A stretch of DNA of 64,000 bases, taken from positions 4,708 through 68,707 of the forward strand of contig CAYMMM010000001.1 in the NCBI GenBank assembly GCA_964391595.1. Reading direction: 5' to 3'. Below are positions 36,823-46,065 of the stretch, one piece after another. Origin of the DNA: an uncultured Candidatus Saccharibacteria bacterium. GTDB taxonomy: Bacteria > Patescibacteriota > Saccharimonadia > CAILAD01 > GCA-016700035. The notes below the pieces were generated by a model. The model was not told the origin of the DNA and searched no databases. It saw nothing but the letters and a program-made list of their open reading frames with translations. How positions within the stretch are numbered: position 1 is the first letter of the stretch; every line of letters begins with the position of its first letter. Made by a program: the position numbers and the translations under genes.

Positions 36823-37101
36823 CTATTGCCTACTTTGCCAATAGTCCCAATATTTTTCAAATGCTCTGGTTTGAGCATCAACTACTATAAACCTCGTGAC
36901 AAGTATTCCGATAACCACAAGAGCGATCAGTAAAAGTATCGAAATATGAAGTACTAGGATACCTATAAATAGAATAACTAATGTTATTAAAATAATTGCT
37001 TTACCTTGCTCAAGCTCCTCCTGCGGAGCCCATATCATTTTTTGATAGGATTTGTTATTCGCATGTTCTCCAGATGGGGCGGTTGAGTACAATTTACTCA
37101 C
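36823..37101 (-). CDS. Small membrane protein in an AT-rich insert (hypothetical)
   Basis: 92 aa with two long hydrophobic helices; it lies in a locally AT-rich segment. Confidence 0.35.
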   Translation of the reverse strand: MSKLYSTAPSGEHANNKSYQKMIWAPQEELEQGKAIILITLVILFIGILVLHISILLLIALVVIGILVTRFIVVDAQTRAFEKYWDYWQSRQ

Positions 37102-37198
37102 TTTCTATTACTCCCTTAATTAGCCTTTATTATAGGCTTAAATATTATCTCATAGAAGCGTTTGATTATTGTGATTATATTCAGGGATTTTTTGACAA

Positions 37199-37259
37199 TA
37201 TCTATCAGTAGTACGCCATCGATATCGAGATAGATATTAGGCTTCGTCTCGTTGCTCAT
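37199..37259 (-). pseudogene. Duplicated 5' fragment of the HAD-like gene (MSNETKPNIYLDIDGVLLID...)
   Basis: It has a 33-bp core with 32/33 identity to 36776-36808, plus flanking codon-level similarity. The reading frame then decays into AT-rich sequence. Confidence 0.4.
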
Positions 37260-37992
37260 CAGATTTCTCTTTATTCTCCGGCATATCAAGTTTTCTCCTG
37301 AGGACTTTTCGTGGCTTCGCACCATTATGTGGGCCAATGATTCCATTCTCTTCGAGGGCGTCCATCATAAATGCTGCTCGCGCGTAACCCATGTTAAATC
37401 GACGCTGTAACATGCTTGTCGTAAAACGTTGCTGCTCGATAATATAGCGCTCGACTTCCTCATACATCGAATCCTCGACGCCTGCCTTGAATTGCAGCTC
37501 TTTTTCACCACCCTTATCAATCAGCTGCACTGAGGATTCAAAGGGGTCATACCAATTATTTCCTGCACTGGCTACTTCTTCCTCATCGAGCACTCGATAC
37601 ATCGGTGTTTCTTCGATAACACCGAGATTTTTTAGCAGCTCGAGAATCTCGATGGTTCGCTTCTCATCTACACCAAGGATGAGACTAATCTGCTCAAGGT
37701 CATTTTTGCGTAAATGCGTCATGTCTCGCATGTAGCGAACAGCGACATTTATGAGAGTATGGATCTCGCGATTATCTGTGTCGGCGCGAGGTGCTCTGGG
37801 TCGTAATACGATAAACTCCCCCTCGTCCTTTTCGGACTCGCTGATCACATTATGACTCTCGAGCGTGAGGAGTATCTTCATCGCATCGAGGTCGGATATC
37901 TTGAAATAGTCACGAATGAGCGGTACATTCGCCTTTTGCTCCCAGATGACAAGCTGCTCGGCGCGGTACATATAACGAGTAATATCAGACAT
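37237..37992 (-). CDS. FtsK gamma-domain (winged-helix) protein, stand-alone
   Basis: 251 aa. The C-terminus, QRRFNMGYARAAFMMDALEENGIIGPHNGAKPRKVL, matches the FtsK/SpoIIIE gamma domain, and the N-terminal part has wHTH-like repeats. Confidence 0.55.
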   Translation of the reverse strand: MSDITRYMYRAEQLVIWEQKANVPLIRDYFKISDLDAMKILLTLESHNVISESEKDEGEFIVLRPRAPRADTDNREIHTLINVAVRYMRDMTHLRKNDLEQISLILGVDEKRTIEILELLKNLGVIEETPMYRVLDEEEVASAGNNWYDPFESSVQLIDKGGEKELQFKAGVEDSMYEEVERYIIEQQRFTTSMLQRRFNMGYARAAFMMDALEENGIIGPHNGAKPRKVLRRKLDMPENKEKSDEQRDEA

Positions 37993-38632
37993 GTGATTCC
38001 TTTGTGGTGCTTAGAAGATCGACTGTGTTAATAAAATCATCAAAATGTTTACCGGTGAATTGATGATCAGCCCCACGTATGATGTGCGTTTCTACCCACT
38101 CGGCGAGATCATTCGCAAAGTCTATCGACGGATCCTGATCTCCGTAGACTATATGCGTTTTGCCGCTGTAGTTGCGCAGTCCTCGCTTAATCAGCTGAGG
38201 TTGTAGATTTGCAGACATATTAATGAGTACAAGTTTAGTAATTTCAGGATACTCATGTGCCATCCAAGCCACTACGCTCGCTCCTGCTGAGTGTGCAATT
38301 ATCTCTAGATCGTATTTTTGCTCACCACAGATATTCCTGCTGTTTCTATGGATATACTGCATAATATGATCGATATTATCTCCCCATCCCTGTTGTGATA
38401 TGTACGGATTTGATACTCGTATGACAGACTTATGCTGTTCTGTAAGGATTTTCTCTGCCATCTTTATATATTTATCCTTATAGCCATCAACCGATCCATC
38501 TATGCCGGGTATGATTAGTACGATGCTATGGGATGGCCTTGGATGTAGTCTGACATCTACTTGGTGCTTGATGGGGTCACCTGCGAGATTTTCTTTCCAG
38601 GTTATTGAGTCTTCGATGAGTTTTATTGCCAT
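37985..38632 (-). CDS. Alpha/beta hydrolase-like protein
   Basis: 215 aa with an AHSAGA nucleophile elbow. Confidence 0.6.
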   Translation of the reverse strand: MAIKLIEDSITWKENLAGDPIKHQVDVRLHPRPSHSIVLIIPGIDGSVDGYKDKYIKMAEKILTEQHKSVIRVSNPYISQQGWGDNIDHIMQYIHRNSRNICGEQKYDLEIIAHSAGASVVAWMAHEYPEITKLVLINMSANLQPQLIKRGLRNYSGKTHIVYGDQDPSIDFANDLAEWVETHIIRGADHQFTGKHFDDFINTVDLLSTTKESHV

Positions 38633-38756
38633 ATATTTAGGATCGTCTTAATAGTAATGAAGTGTTAATTGATATCCTTCGCCGCGGCAGTGAGCATAGT
38701 ACTTTGCTTGATATATTGATAAGTGTTTCATGCTTATAAAAATAACTTTTTTCTAT

Positions 38757-39032
38757 CTAACCTTGATCCGCCCTGAAAACAATATCACATCTTGTACAGT
38801 GCCACTCTGGGTCCATCGAGAAGCCTGATTGGCGATGCAGCCACTTCATACCTTCATCTGTCCATTGAATATTTATATGCTCACCATCTCCGTTGAGTAT
38901 TGAAAATTTTCTATTCCATTCGACAACCCCGACTTGCTTGCACTGAGGACATCGAATTTTCTTATTCAAATCTGGATCTGGAGGGGTGTAATTATTCATA
39001 TTCTCAATAAGCATATAACCATTATACGACAT
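38757..39032 (-). CDS. Zinc-ribbon protein (hypothetical)
   Basis: 91 aa with a CPQC...CTRC pair. Confidence 0.4.
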   Translation of the reverse strand: MSYNGYMLIENMNNYTPPDPDLNKKIRCPQCKQVGVVEWNRKFSILNGDGEHINIQWTDEGMKWLHRQSGFSMDPEWHCTRCDIVFRADQG

Positions 39033-39106
39033 GGCAAATATGAAAAATCCAACCTCTCACCGCTCATGCTTTTACATCTGACCCTCATCTGGCAATATAG
39101 AGAGCA

Positions 39107-39901
39107 ATGGCAAAATCGACAACACAAACCTTATCTGAGATCACGCTCTCGAAGCGTGCCTTCTGGTACTTCTATGGCTACCATGCTTGGCAAGTCATCA
39201 AAAAGTTCGGACTCTGGATCGTCATCCTGACTGTCGCTGGCACGTCAGTTAATCTCATTCGTACTGCTAAGATATTCGGCATGTCGGACGCTGAGCTGGC
39301 GGTCGCCTTCCTCAAGCCCGTCCCCTATGTCGCGGCTGGGTTTGCTGCTGCTGTCATACTCTATGGGTTAATCCGCGGACTCACCTCAACACTTACGACC
39401 AAATACCGCCTCACCCCTCAGGGTGTCATGCTCGAGCTGGGCTGGATGAATCGCACCACTACCCTCGTGAGCTTCGAGCAGATTCAGCGCATGACTATCG
39501 TCTCAAACCCCTACGACCGCATGCTCAAGGCCTCATATATCAATCTTGATCTCATCGGTGGCGCAAATGCCATCCAGCTCGAAGCCATCGATAAGTCTGC
39601 TGTCGAGGATCTGTATGAAGTACTGGCTGCCTCGCGTATGCAGGCGCTGCAAGCCGTTGCGCTCCAGACGCTCGAGCTCGAACGCAAGCTGATCGAAAAC
39701 ACCTCAAAGCGCTCGGTAGTAAAGGCAGAAAAGACCAAAACTACCAAGAAGAAATCGTCGACTGGCAAAAAGTCAGCTCGTACTACCACCAAGAAGAAGG
39801 CTCCGGCTAAAAAACCAGCTCGGACTAAGTCACCAAAAAGCGCAAAATCAAAACGAGCCGCCACACGGACAGCTCGTCGTTCGCAGCCTGTTACTGCTTA
39901 A
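39107..39901 (+). CDS. Membrane protein with a bacterial PH (YdbS/YdbT-like) domain and a K/A/T-rich basic C-terminal tail
   Basis: 264 aa with a 2-TM hairpin, a bPH-like core, and a ~60-aa histone H1-like tail (KKKSSTGKKSARTTTKKKAPAKKPARTKSPKSAKSKR). Confidence 0.5.
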   Translation: MAKSTTQTLSEITLSKRAFWYFYGYHAWQVIKKFGLWIVILTVAGTSVNLIRTAKIFGMSDAELAVAFLKPVPYVAAGFAAAVILYGLIRGLTSTLTTKYRLTPQGVMLELGWMNRTTTLVSFEQIQRMTIVSNPYDRMLKASYINLDLIGGANAIQLEAIDKSAVEDLYEVLAASRMQALQAVALQTLELERKLIENTSKRSVVKAEKTKTTKKKSSTGKKSARTTTKKKAPAKKPARTKSPKSAKSKRAATRTARRSQPVTA

Positions 39902-39910
39902 GTAGCTAGT

Positions 39911-40765
39911 CTACATACAGTAATCACTCTGCTTGCCGCTCGCACTATCTCCTGCTGACAAGCTCTTGAGTATTGCATTATCGGCGTCTGAGAACATGTC
40001 AAACCAACACAGTGCGTGACCAGCCTGGGCAAGGAATTCTTGATGCTTGGCTACATAGCTAGCATTTTGGGCAGCTTCATTACGTTGACGATAATCGTAC
40101 ACTCCGAGGTCGAAGCTGACATTGCGAATCTTCGGGAAGCCGATCGCAGTGGCAACTTCATCTCCAGCTTTTACACTGACGGGGTTATCGAAATTGGTCG
40201 TACGCGAATCATCAGGCTTGGCTGCTGGGAGGGCGTCAGCGATCTTCTGGAAGGTCGGGCTCAGCGTGAGTAAGTGGTCGAAGCGATACGCGACGCCGCA
40301 GTCATTTACAATCGTAAACATATACTGCGTCTCGCCCATCTCGATGTAGCGCGCCCCACTAACCACTCGTCCATCCATGATCGCCTTCACGCTGAGATTA
40401 TTGTCGCTCGCGCGATCGAACCGAAGACCACCGTGTGGCTTATAGTTGTTGCCGCGTGATTGGCCGGGGTATAAGACAGCAGTCGCCTTAGACAGATCGG
40501 CTGGTGCAACGGAGAATTTCACCGGCTCAGTGCAATCGGGTGGCGTGCTGCTGGCCTGCCACTTGTCCCCGCTCCATTGCCACTGGATTGCAGTTTGCGT
40601 CGCATTCGTAGAGGTTGATGCTTGTGTCGAGCTCGAGGGTTGCGGCGAAGCATCTGCCTTCTTCTTCGACCCGGCAGTGGCGTAGATAATGAGGCCAGAT
40701 ATGGCTGCCACAACCGCGACGGCGATAAGTACTTCGATGATGGTAAAACCTGACTTGCGATGCAT
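39911..40765 (-). CDS. Type IV pilin-like protein (class III signal peptide)
   Basis: It has a prepilin N-terminus, MHRKS-GFTIIEVLIAVAVVA, with the G/F cleavage site and E5. The listed ORF is extended 14 codons upstream; the likely start is ATG 40763-40765. Confidence 0.6.
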   Translation of the reverse strand: MHRKSGFTIIEVLIAVAVVAAISGLIIYATAGSKKKADASPQPSSSTQASTSTNATQTAIQWQWSGDKWQASSTPPDCTEPVKFSVAPADLSKATAVLYPGQSRGNNYKPHGGLRFDRASDNNLSVKAIMDGRVVSGARYIEMGETQYMFTIVNDCGVAYRFDHLLTLSPTFQKIADALPAAKPDDSRTTNFDNPVSVKAGDEVATAIGFPKIRNVSFDLGVYDYRQRNEAAQNASYVAKHQEFLAQAGHALCWFDMFSDADNAILKSLSAGDSASGKQSDYCM

Positions 40766-40834
40766 AGATGAATCCCTGATTAAACTTACGCTTATAATAG
40801 CATGCAATAGTCGCTGATTTACACCATAATTGGT

Positions 40835-41785
40835 ATGATAAACATAACCACTATGGGTACATTTCTCACCATACTTCCGATCTTTCTGATCATCGCACTT
40901 GGCTATGGCTTGCGGGCTCGCAATATCGTCAAAGCAAGCTGGGTGAAACCGCTCAATAGCTTTGTATATAATGTCGGCTTGCCGGCGCTGATCGTGTATA
41001 GCTTTGCCACCCTGCAGTGGCGCGAACTACTAGCAGGACGGCTATTAGGGTATCAGGTACTGATTGTAGTTGTGACGGCTATCTTGATTGCGATACTCGT
41101 TCGGGCACTGCCTATGAGCAATAAGGATCGAGCGGCGATATATCTTGCTGCCTTGCTGGGGAATACCGTCTATCTCGGCATTCCACTCGTGAGTAGCGCT
41201 CTGCCGGGCGTTGTTACGACAGATGTCACGAGTATAACGACCGCGGTCGGCGTTGTGCAGTTGGCTGCGAGTCTGCTGGTCGGGCTGGTGGGCATTGAGT
41301 ATGTGTTCTTGGGTACGCGCGACATTCGCTTCATCACGAAGCATTTGATCATTAACCCCCTCACCCTCTCCATCGTGGCAGGCTTCGCACTTGCATTCTT
41401 GGGCTGGCCGCAGTGGCTTGATCGCAGCATCGGCGTGCCGCTCAAGATGCTCGCCGGCACCGCCTCTCCCCTGGCTCTCTTTGCGCTTGGTAGTTTTCTG
41501 TACGGCCATAAGATCAATCGCAAGCAGTCACGGCTCGGGCTGGCTGTCGGGCTAAAGCTCATCGGCGTCCCTCTCATTGCCTGGGCAGTTATGGTAGCGG
41601 CTCAGATATTTTCTACCGAACGTAATATCACCGTGCTGATGATGAGTATGCCAACCGCAGTAACAGCCTTTGTGCTGGCGGACACCTATGATCTGGATAC
41701 AACCTTTGTCGCTTCGGTGATGATGGTAAGCACAGTTGCGAGCGTGGTCGCAGTGCCGGTGATAGCGAATTTACTTGGATTATAA
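40835..41785 (+). CDS. AEC-family (auxin efflux carrier-type) transporter
   Basis: 316 aa with 10 TM helices in two 5-TM repeats. Confidence 0.75.
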   Translation: MINITTMGTFLTILPIFLIIALGYGLRARNIVKASWVKPLNSFVYNVGLPALIVYSFATLQWRELLAGRLLGYQVLIVVVTAILIAILVRALPMSNKDRAAIYLAALLGNTVYLGIPLVSSALPGVVTTDVTSITTAVGVVQLAASLLVGLVGIEYVFLGTRDIRFITKHLIINPLTLSIVAGFALAFLGWPQWLDRSIGVPLKMLAGTASPLALFALGSFLYGHKINRKQSRLGLAVGLKLIGVPLIAWAVMVAAQIFSTERNITVLMMSMPTAVTAFVLADTYDLDTTFVASVMMVSTVASVVAVPVIANLLGL

Positions 41786-41786
41786 G

Positions 41787-42176
41787 CTATCGTTTTCGTT
41801 TGATGAGATTCTTAACGTATTTGTAACGTACGAAAAGTGCGAATAGTACGGCCGGGATAAGCGGAATGAGGATGTTGCCAAAAACGATAGTTGCTTCACT
41901 TGGATCTGACTCGGCATAGTATGATATTCCCTGCTCACCTACGCAGTCGATACATTCGGACTTAATAGCAATGAAGCCGCGGTAGCGTATATCATATCCG
42001 GGGACACAGCTGCTATCCCCCGGGTAAGGCTCGTATTTTGGCAGAGATAATGAAGCGATGGTTATTTGGTAAGAAGACATGTCGGCGCAGGCATATTCGC
42101 GTGTCTCGACTCCGTATGCTAAGAAGAGGCCGAGCAATATTGCGGCAAATATCAATAGCATGGATAAGCGTCGCAT
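41787..42176 (-). CDS. Secreted or membrane-anchored Cys-rich protein (hypothetical)
   Basis: 129 aa with an N-terminal signal/anchor and multiple Cys residues. Confidence 0.4.
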   Translation of the reverse strand: MRRLSMLLIFAAILLGLFLAYGVETREYACADMSSYQITIASLSLPKYEPYPGDSSCVPGYDIRYRGFIAIKSECIDCVGEQGISYYAESDPSEATIVFGNILIPLIPAVLFALFVRYKYVKNLIKRKR

Positions 42177-42208
42177 ATGCGCCAGTATAGCATATGCGTT
42201 TTGCTATT

Positions 42209-44008
42209 CTAGTGATTGATCTGCGGCTTGGCAGGCTTGTCGGTCATGAGTGAACTGATATTTGGTAAACCGAGTCCGATGAATACGCTCAATATCCCAA
42301 AACCAAGCGCTACCCATAGGGTGTCACGCGCTGCGGTTGTAATAGCGCTTTTTACGTCCCGCTGGACCTGATAACCTACTCGCTCTTGCTCCATGCGATA
42401 GAAGTCAATTGCTGCCTGGCGCTTGTTTGGCGGGAGTTTTGTGATTTGTTGTAGAAATTCGGCTGGGATTTCGGTCGGACGGCTCTCTTGATCAAATCCT
42501 CCTGTGCGGCTGGATTCTTGGGCTGCGCTGACGATCTTTGCCCTAGCAGCATCTGGTATGACTGGGTCGGCAGAAATCTTGCTGCTAATTTGTGTGGCGA
42601 TCATCGCAAAGAGGGTTGCGCCAATAATTGCGGCACCAAAGCTTGAGCCAACCTGGCGCATGGTATTATTCACCCCGCTCGCTTCCCCAGCATATTGCCC
42701 GCTCACGGCCGAGAGAGTGAGATTGTTGATCTGGCTTTGAACCAGACCCATCCCAATTCCAAAAAGTATGAATCCAGGCATCAATACTTGTGATGTTACG
42801 CCATCTTTGAGCATAAAGATCATCACAAGAATAGAGAGTACCGTAATAACAAGACCAGCCATGATGATTGGTTTTGGCCTGACCTTGCGCGCAATGATGA
42901 GCGCAATTGGCGAGACAATAAATACGGTCAGCGACAGCGGGAAAAGCGCAAGTCCAGTATGGAACGCGTCCAATCCGTGAACGGCCTGGTAATATATTGG
43001 GAAGACAAAAATCAGGCCAGTCAGCGAAAGTGATATCGCAGCAGTCACCGCCATCCCGCTGACGAATTGTCGGTTTTCGAAGAGATGTAATGACACGAGC
43101 GGGGTGTGGCCAAGTGATTCTCTGCGAAGTTGCCACCACGCAAAGAATATAAGCAACACGATACCAAGAGCAATTGCGACTGGTGTGATTGATAATGGTG
43201 CAAAATTGAGTGTAACATTTCCGAGACTAAAGGCTTTTTTAGCGATCCACCAGCCGTACTCCGAGCTCTGAATAATCCCAAAGACGAGCGAGAGAAGTCC
43301 AGTCGAGCTTAGGAGCACCCCGATCCAATCGAGTTCTTTTTTCTCAGCTGTGTCGCGACTGTCTTTGATAAGCAATGAGCCTAACAACAAGATCAGAACT
43401 ACGAAGATATTGATGCGAAATCCCCAGCGCCACGAATACGCGCTAGTGAGCCATCCGCCCAAGATCGGACCGACTGCGCTGGCAGCACCAGCCGTCGCAC
43501 CAAAGACCGCGAAACCAATCGCCCGGTCTTTGCCTTCAAAATTTGTAAGTAGCAGTGAAGCTGCAGCTGGCATCATGAGTGCTGCACCAATACCCTCGAT
43601 GATTGATTCACCGAGTAGCAGCATACCGACATTGTGCGAGATGCTCGCAATATAGCTCCCGATTGCGAATAGGACCGCGCCGAGCATAAACATACGCTTA
43701 CGACCATACAGGTCACCTAGTCGCCCACCAGTGATCGTGAGAGCTGCAAGGACTAGGGTGTAGATCGTGATAACCCACTGGATGTCAGTGAAGTTTGAGT
43801 TTAAATCCTGGATGATGTTGCGTAAGCTCACGTTTAGGAGCGTCGTATCTATCAGGATGATAGCGAGTGATAACGCGATGACGATCATCTTCCCCCACTT
43901 ACGCCAAGCTGGCTCGGGCTGGGCTGGTGCTAGTGTAGCTTCCTTTGGCGCCGAGCTTTTTTTGTTGCTGCGTGATATGGAAGGTGATTTCTTAGACATA
44001 GTTAACAT
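42209..44008 (-). CDS. MFS transporter, DHA2 (EmrB/QacA-like, 14-TM) family
   Basis: 599 aa with the MFS motif GRLGDLYGRKR. Confidence 0.85.
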   Translation of the reverse strand: MLTMSKKSPSISRSNKKSSAPKEATLAPAQPEPAWRKWGKMIVIALSLAIILIDTTLLNVSLRNIIQDLNSNFTDIQWVITIYTLVLAALTITGGRLGDLYGRKRMFMLGAVLFAIGSYIASISHNVGMLLLGESIIEGIGAALMMPAAASLLLTNFEGKDRAIGFAVFGATAGAASAVGPILGGWLTSAYSWRWGFRINIFVVLILLLGSLLIKDSRDTAEKKELDWIGVLLSSTGLLSLVFGIIQSSEYGWWIAKKAFSLGNVTLNFAPLSITPVAIALGIVLLIFFAWWQLRRESLGHTPLVSLHLFENRQFVSGMAVTAAISLSLTGLIFVFPIYYQAVHGLDAFHTGLALFPLSLTVFIVSPIALIIARKVRPKPIIMAGLVITVLSILVMIFMLKDGVTSQVLMPGFILFGIGMGLVQSQINNLTLSAVSGQYAGEASGVNNTMRQVGSSFGAAIIGATLFAMIATQISSKISADPVIPDAARAKIVSAAQESSRTGGFDQESRPTEIPAEFLQQITKLPPNKRQAAIDFYRMEQERVGYQVQRDVKSAITTAARDTLWVALGFGILSVFIGLGLPNISSLMTDKPAKPQINH

Positions 44009-44071
44009 GTTAATAGCTTACTGACTTGGTGTCAAAAGACATGCTACAATGACTTGGTTTTGGAGAAACCT

Positions 44072-44521
44072 ATGCAAGAAGACACACAGACTAAACCTGC
44101 TCAGGAAGTCAAGCAGACCGAGGAAAAGACAACTAAGAATGATGGCACTGGTGCGACACTCGACTCGATCCATCGTCTCGTCATAGAGGCCGCGGAGACA
44201 CGTAATGCCGTTGCCGCAGTACGCGATCAACTCAAAGACGTCATGGAGAATAATCCAGAATATCGTCAGATCGTCGATGAGATGAAAGAGCTCACCAAGA
44301 AGCGAGCAGAAGCCAAGAAGGCGCTAGCTGAAGACAAGGATTATCAGCAATTCTCCGCTGATCTGGACGATTTGCGCCTAAAGCTCAAAGATATCAATGA
44401 AATCCTCTCGCAGCATCTTGTGCTCTACTACAATCAAACTAGCTCAACTAAATTGATTGATTCAAATGGCGAGACACGATCACTCATATTGTCCGCAAAG
44501 CTTGGTAAGACTGAAGCCTAG
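44072..44521 (+). CDS. Hypothetical coiled-coil protein
   Basis: Preferred start is ATG 44072 (MQEDTQ), preceded by a GGAG RBS. The listed ORF begins at a TTG at 44054. Confidence 0.45.
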   Translation: MQEDTQTKPAQEVKQTEEKTTKNDGTGATLDSIHRLVIEAAETRNAVAAVRDQLKDVMENNPEYRQIVDEMKELTKKRAEAKKALAEDKDYQQFSADLDDLRLKLKDINEILSQHLVLYYNQTSSTKLIDSNGETRSLILSAKLGKTEA

Positions 44522-44537
44522 CAGTTTTTACACTCGG

Positions 44538-44566
44538 AAAAAGCCCCGTTGATTTGGGGCTTTTTT
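44538..44566. terminator. Bidirectional intrinsic terminator
   Basis: The sequence is AAAAAGCCCC-loop-GGGGCUUUUUU. It serves the convergent genes at 44072-44521 and 44583-45002. Confidence 0.6.
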
Positions 44567-44582
44567 AGTACGGTTGTGAATG

Positions 44583-45002
44583 TTATTCGCTGTGATGCTC
44601 GGCTTCGGCGGCGTCGGCCTCTTCTTTGGTCTTATGGACAGTACCTGGAGCATGTTCAGCTGGGCTATAGAGTGAGTATACTTTGAGGTCACTATCCCCG
44701 ATATTCTTCACATTGTGCCATGTGCCAGCTGGGATTAGTACCGCAGTATCAGGCTGTAGCTCGCCAGTCTGCTCGACTTCTTCTTTCGACGGGCCGGTGT
44801 GAAGTGAGGCGGCCCCAGCTTCGACGCGCAGGAATTGATCAACATCCCCATGGACCTCGAGTCCAATCTCGCCACCCGCAGGAATCGACATGACCGTGAG
44901 CTGGGTGTGTTCACCTGTCCATAGTGTCGTGCGGAAGTTTGTATTGTTCTTCGTTTCATCTTCAATCTGTACGATATATACTTTCTTGTCATTGTCAGTC
45001 AT
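44583..45002 (-). CDS. Cupin-domain protein
   Basis: 139 aa with cupin motifs (HGDVDQFLRVEAG...GTWHNVKN). Confidence 0.7.
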   Translation of the reverse strand: MTDNDKKVYIVQIEDETKNNTNFRTTLWTGEHTQLTVMSIPAGGEIGLEVHGDVDQFLRVEAGAASLHTGPSKEEVEQTGELQPDTAVLIPAGTWHNVKNIGDSDLKVYSLYSPAEHAPGTVHKTKEEADAAEAEHHSE

Positions 45003-45045
45003 GGCGGTATTCCTTGTTTACACTTCTATTATACTCCATAGCGCT

Positions 45046-45074
45046 ACCGTTTCTATCTGATATTTGCTATAATG
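45046..45074 (+). promoter_or_regulatory. Putative extended -10 promoter (TGcTATAAT) for tRNA-Trp
   Basis: TGCTATAAT lies at 45066-45074, ~25 nt upstream of the tRNA 5' end. The -35 element is weak. Confidence 0.35.
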
Positions 45075-45099
45075 CTGGGGTTCTCACAACAATACATAG

Positions 45100-45176
45100 A
45101 GGGGTGTAGCTCAGCTGGCTAGAGCGTCGGTCTCCAAAACCGAAGGCCGCGGGTTCGATCCCTGCCACCCCTGCCA
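45100..45176 (+). tRNA. tRNA-Trp (anticodon CCA), 3' CCA encoded
   Basis: I folded this by hand into a cloverleaf: acceptor AGGGGUG/CACCCCU, U8, D-loop GG, anticodon loop CUCCAAA, T-loop UUCGAUC, discriminator G, then CCA. Confidence 0.85.
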
Positions 45177-45252
45177 ATATTAATAACACTTATGTATGTA
45201 TGATCATTAATATTTATACAAGCAAATCAGTTACTACTACGGGTTTTTGGCG

Positions 45253-45645
45253 TTATTTCGTCTTTGAGGATCTCTTTAATATCGAGTTTACCTTTTCAAC
45301 TATAGTGTCGAGTGAAGTGTTTGACTTCAGTATGTAGTCAACTGCACCCGATATACTTAATTCGACCCTCCTATCAGTACTATCGAGATTGCTCATGACA
45401 ATCACTGGGATATCTTTTGTTGAAGCTTCAGACTTAATCTCTTCGAGCACATCCCAGCCTGTCGTGTCGGTGAGCATCACATCGAGCAAGACCAAATCGA
45501 TATCATGACTCACCTCTTTTAGACCCTCGCTACCTGTTCGAGCCGACTTTACTGCATATCCGGCATGCTTGAGCGATTCACAAAGTGCAGTATTGAGTGC
45601 TGCTTCGTCATCAATTACGAGTAAAGTATATTTCTTGTCTGACAT
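45253..45645 (-). CDS. Single-domain response regulator (receiver only)
   Basis: 130 aa with the phospho-acceptor Asp pocket (DD...D...K) and a C-terminal LKSNTSL tail. Confidence 0.8.
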   Translation of the reverse strand: MSDKKYTLLVIDDEAALNTALCESLKHAGYAVKSARTGSEGLKEVSHDIDLVLLDVMLTDTTGWDVLEEIKSEASTKDIPVIVMSNLDSTDRRVELSISGAVDYILKSNTSLDTIVEKVNSILKRSSKTK

Positions 45646-45670
45646 TACACCCTCCTTGGGTAGGTATTAC

Positions 45671-46054
45671 TTATGCTAATCGCTGCTTCACTAGCTGGAG
45701 TAGAAGCTCAATGGACGTATCTGACTTCACGAGATAGTCGTTGAGCATACCATCTTTGCGCACTTGATTCAGGTTTTTCAACATTTCTTCTTCTGTAGTG
45801 ACATTTGAGAGAATAATGACTGGTACCTGTGCACCCCACTCATCCTCGCGTAGCTTTGTGAGCATTTGTTCTCCACTCATCTTAGGCATCAGTAAGTCTA
45901 ATACAATGAGGCTTGGCTTTGACTCGAAGGCTATCTGTAAACCGTCTTCTCCATTGTCGGCATGCTGGATTTCGTACCCGTGGTCTGTCAGAGCATCTAT
46001 AAGCCCCTTACGAAGACTTTGGTCATCCTCAACGATAAGAATGCGTTTTGTCAT
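45671..46054 (-). CDS. Single-domain response regulator (receiver only)
   Basis: 127 aa with a C-terminal VKSDTSI tail. Confidence 0.8.
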   Translation of the reverse strand: MTKRILIVEDDQSLRKGLIDALTDHGYEIQHADNGEDGLQIAFESKPSLIVLDLLMPKMSGEQMLTKLREDEWGAQVPVIILSNVTTEEEMLKNLNQVRKDGMLNDYLVKSDTSIELLLQLVKQRLA

Positions 46055-46065
46055 AGTAATGCCCT

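Noticed and set aside
42666-43139. A 157-aa minus-strand ORF lies inside the MFS transporter gene.
   Set aside because: It is an alternate frame of the 599-aa MFS gene and Cys/Trp-rich in a way typical of out-of-frame translation.
44021-44050. A possible promoter (CTGACT, 18-nt spacer, TACAAT) lies upstream of the coiled-coil gene.
   Set aside because: The -35 is poor and the spacing is suboptimal. It is plausible but too weak to list as a feature.
45177-45215. An AT-only inverted repeat, AATATTAAT-N20-ATTAATATT, lies right after tRNA-Trp.
   Set aside because: It could be a weak terminator, but it has no G-C pairs and no U-run. It is probably fortuitous in AT-rich spacer.
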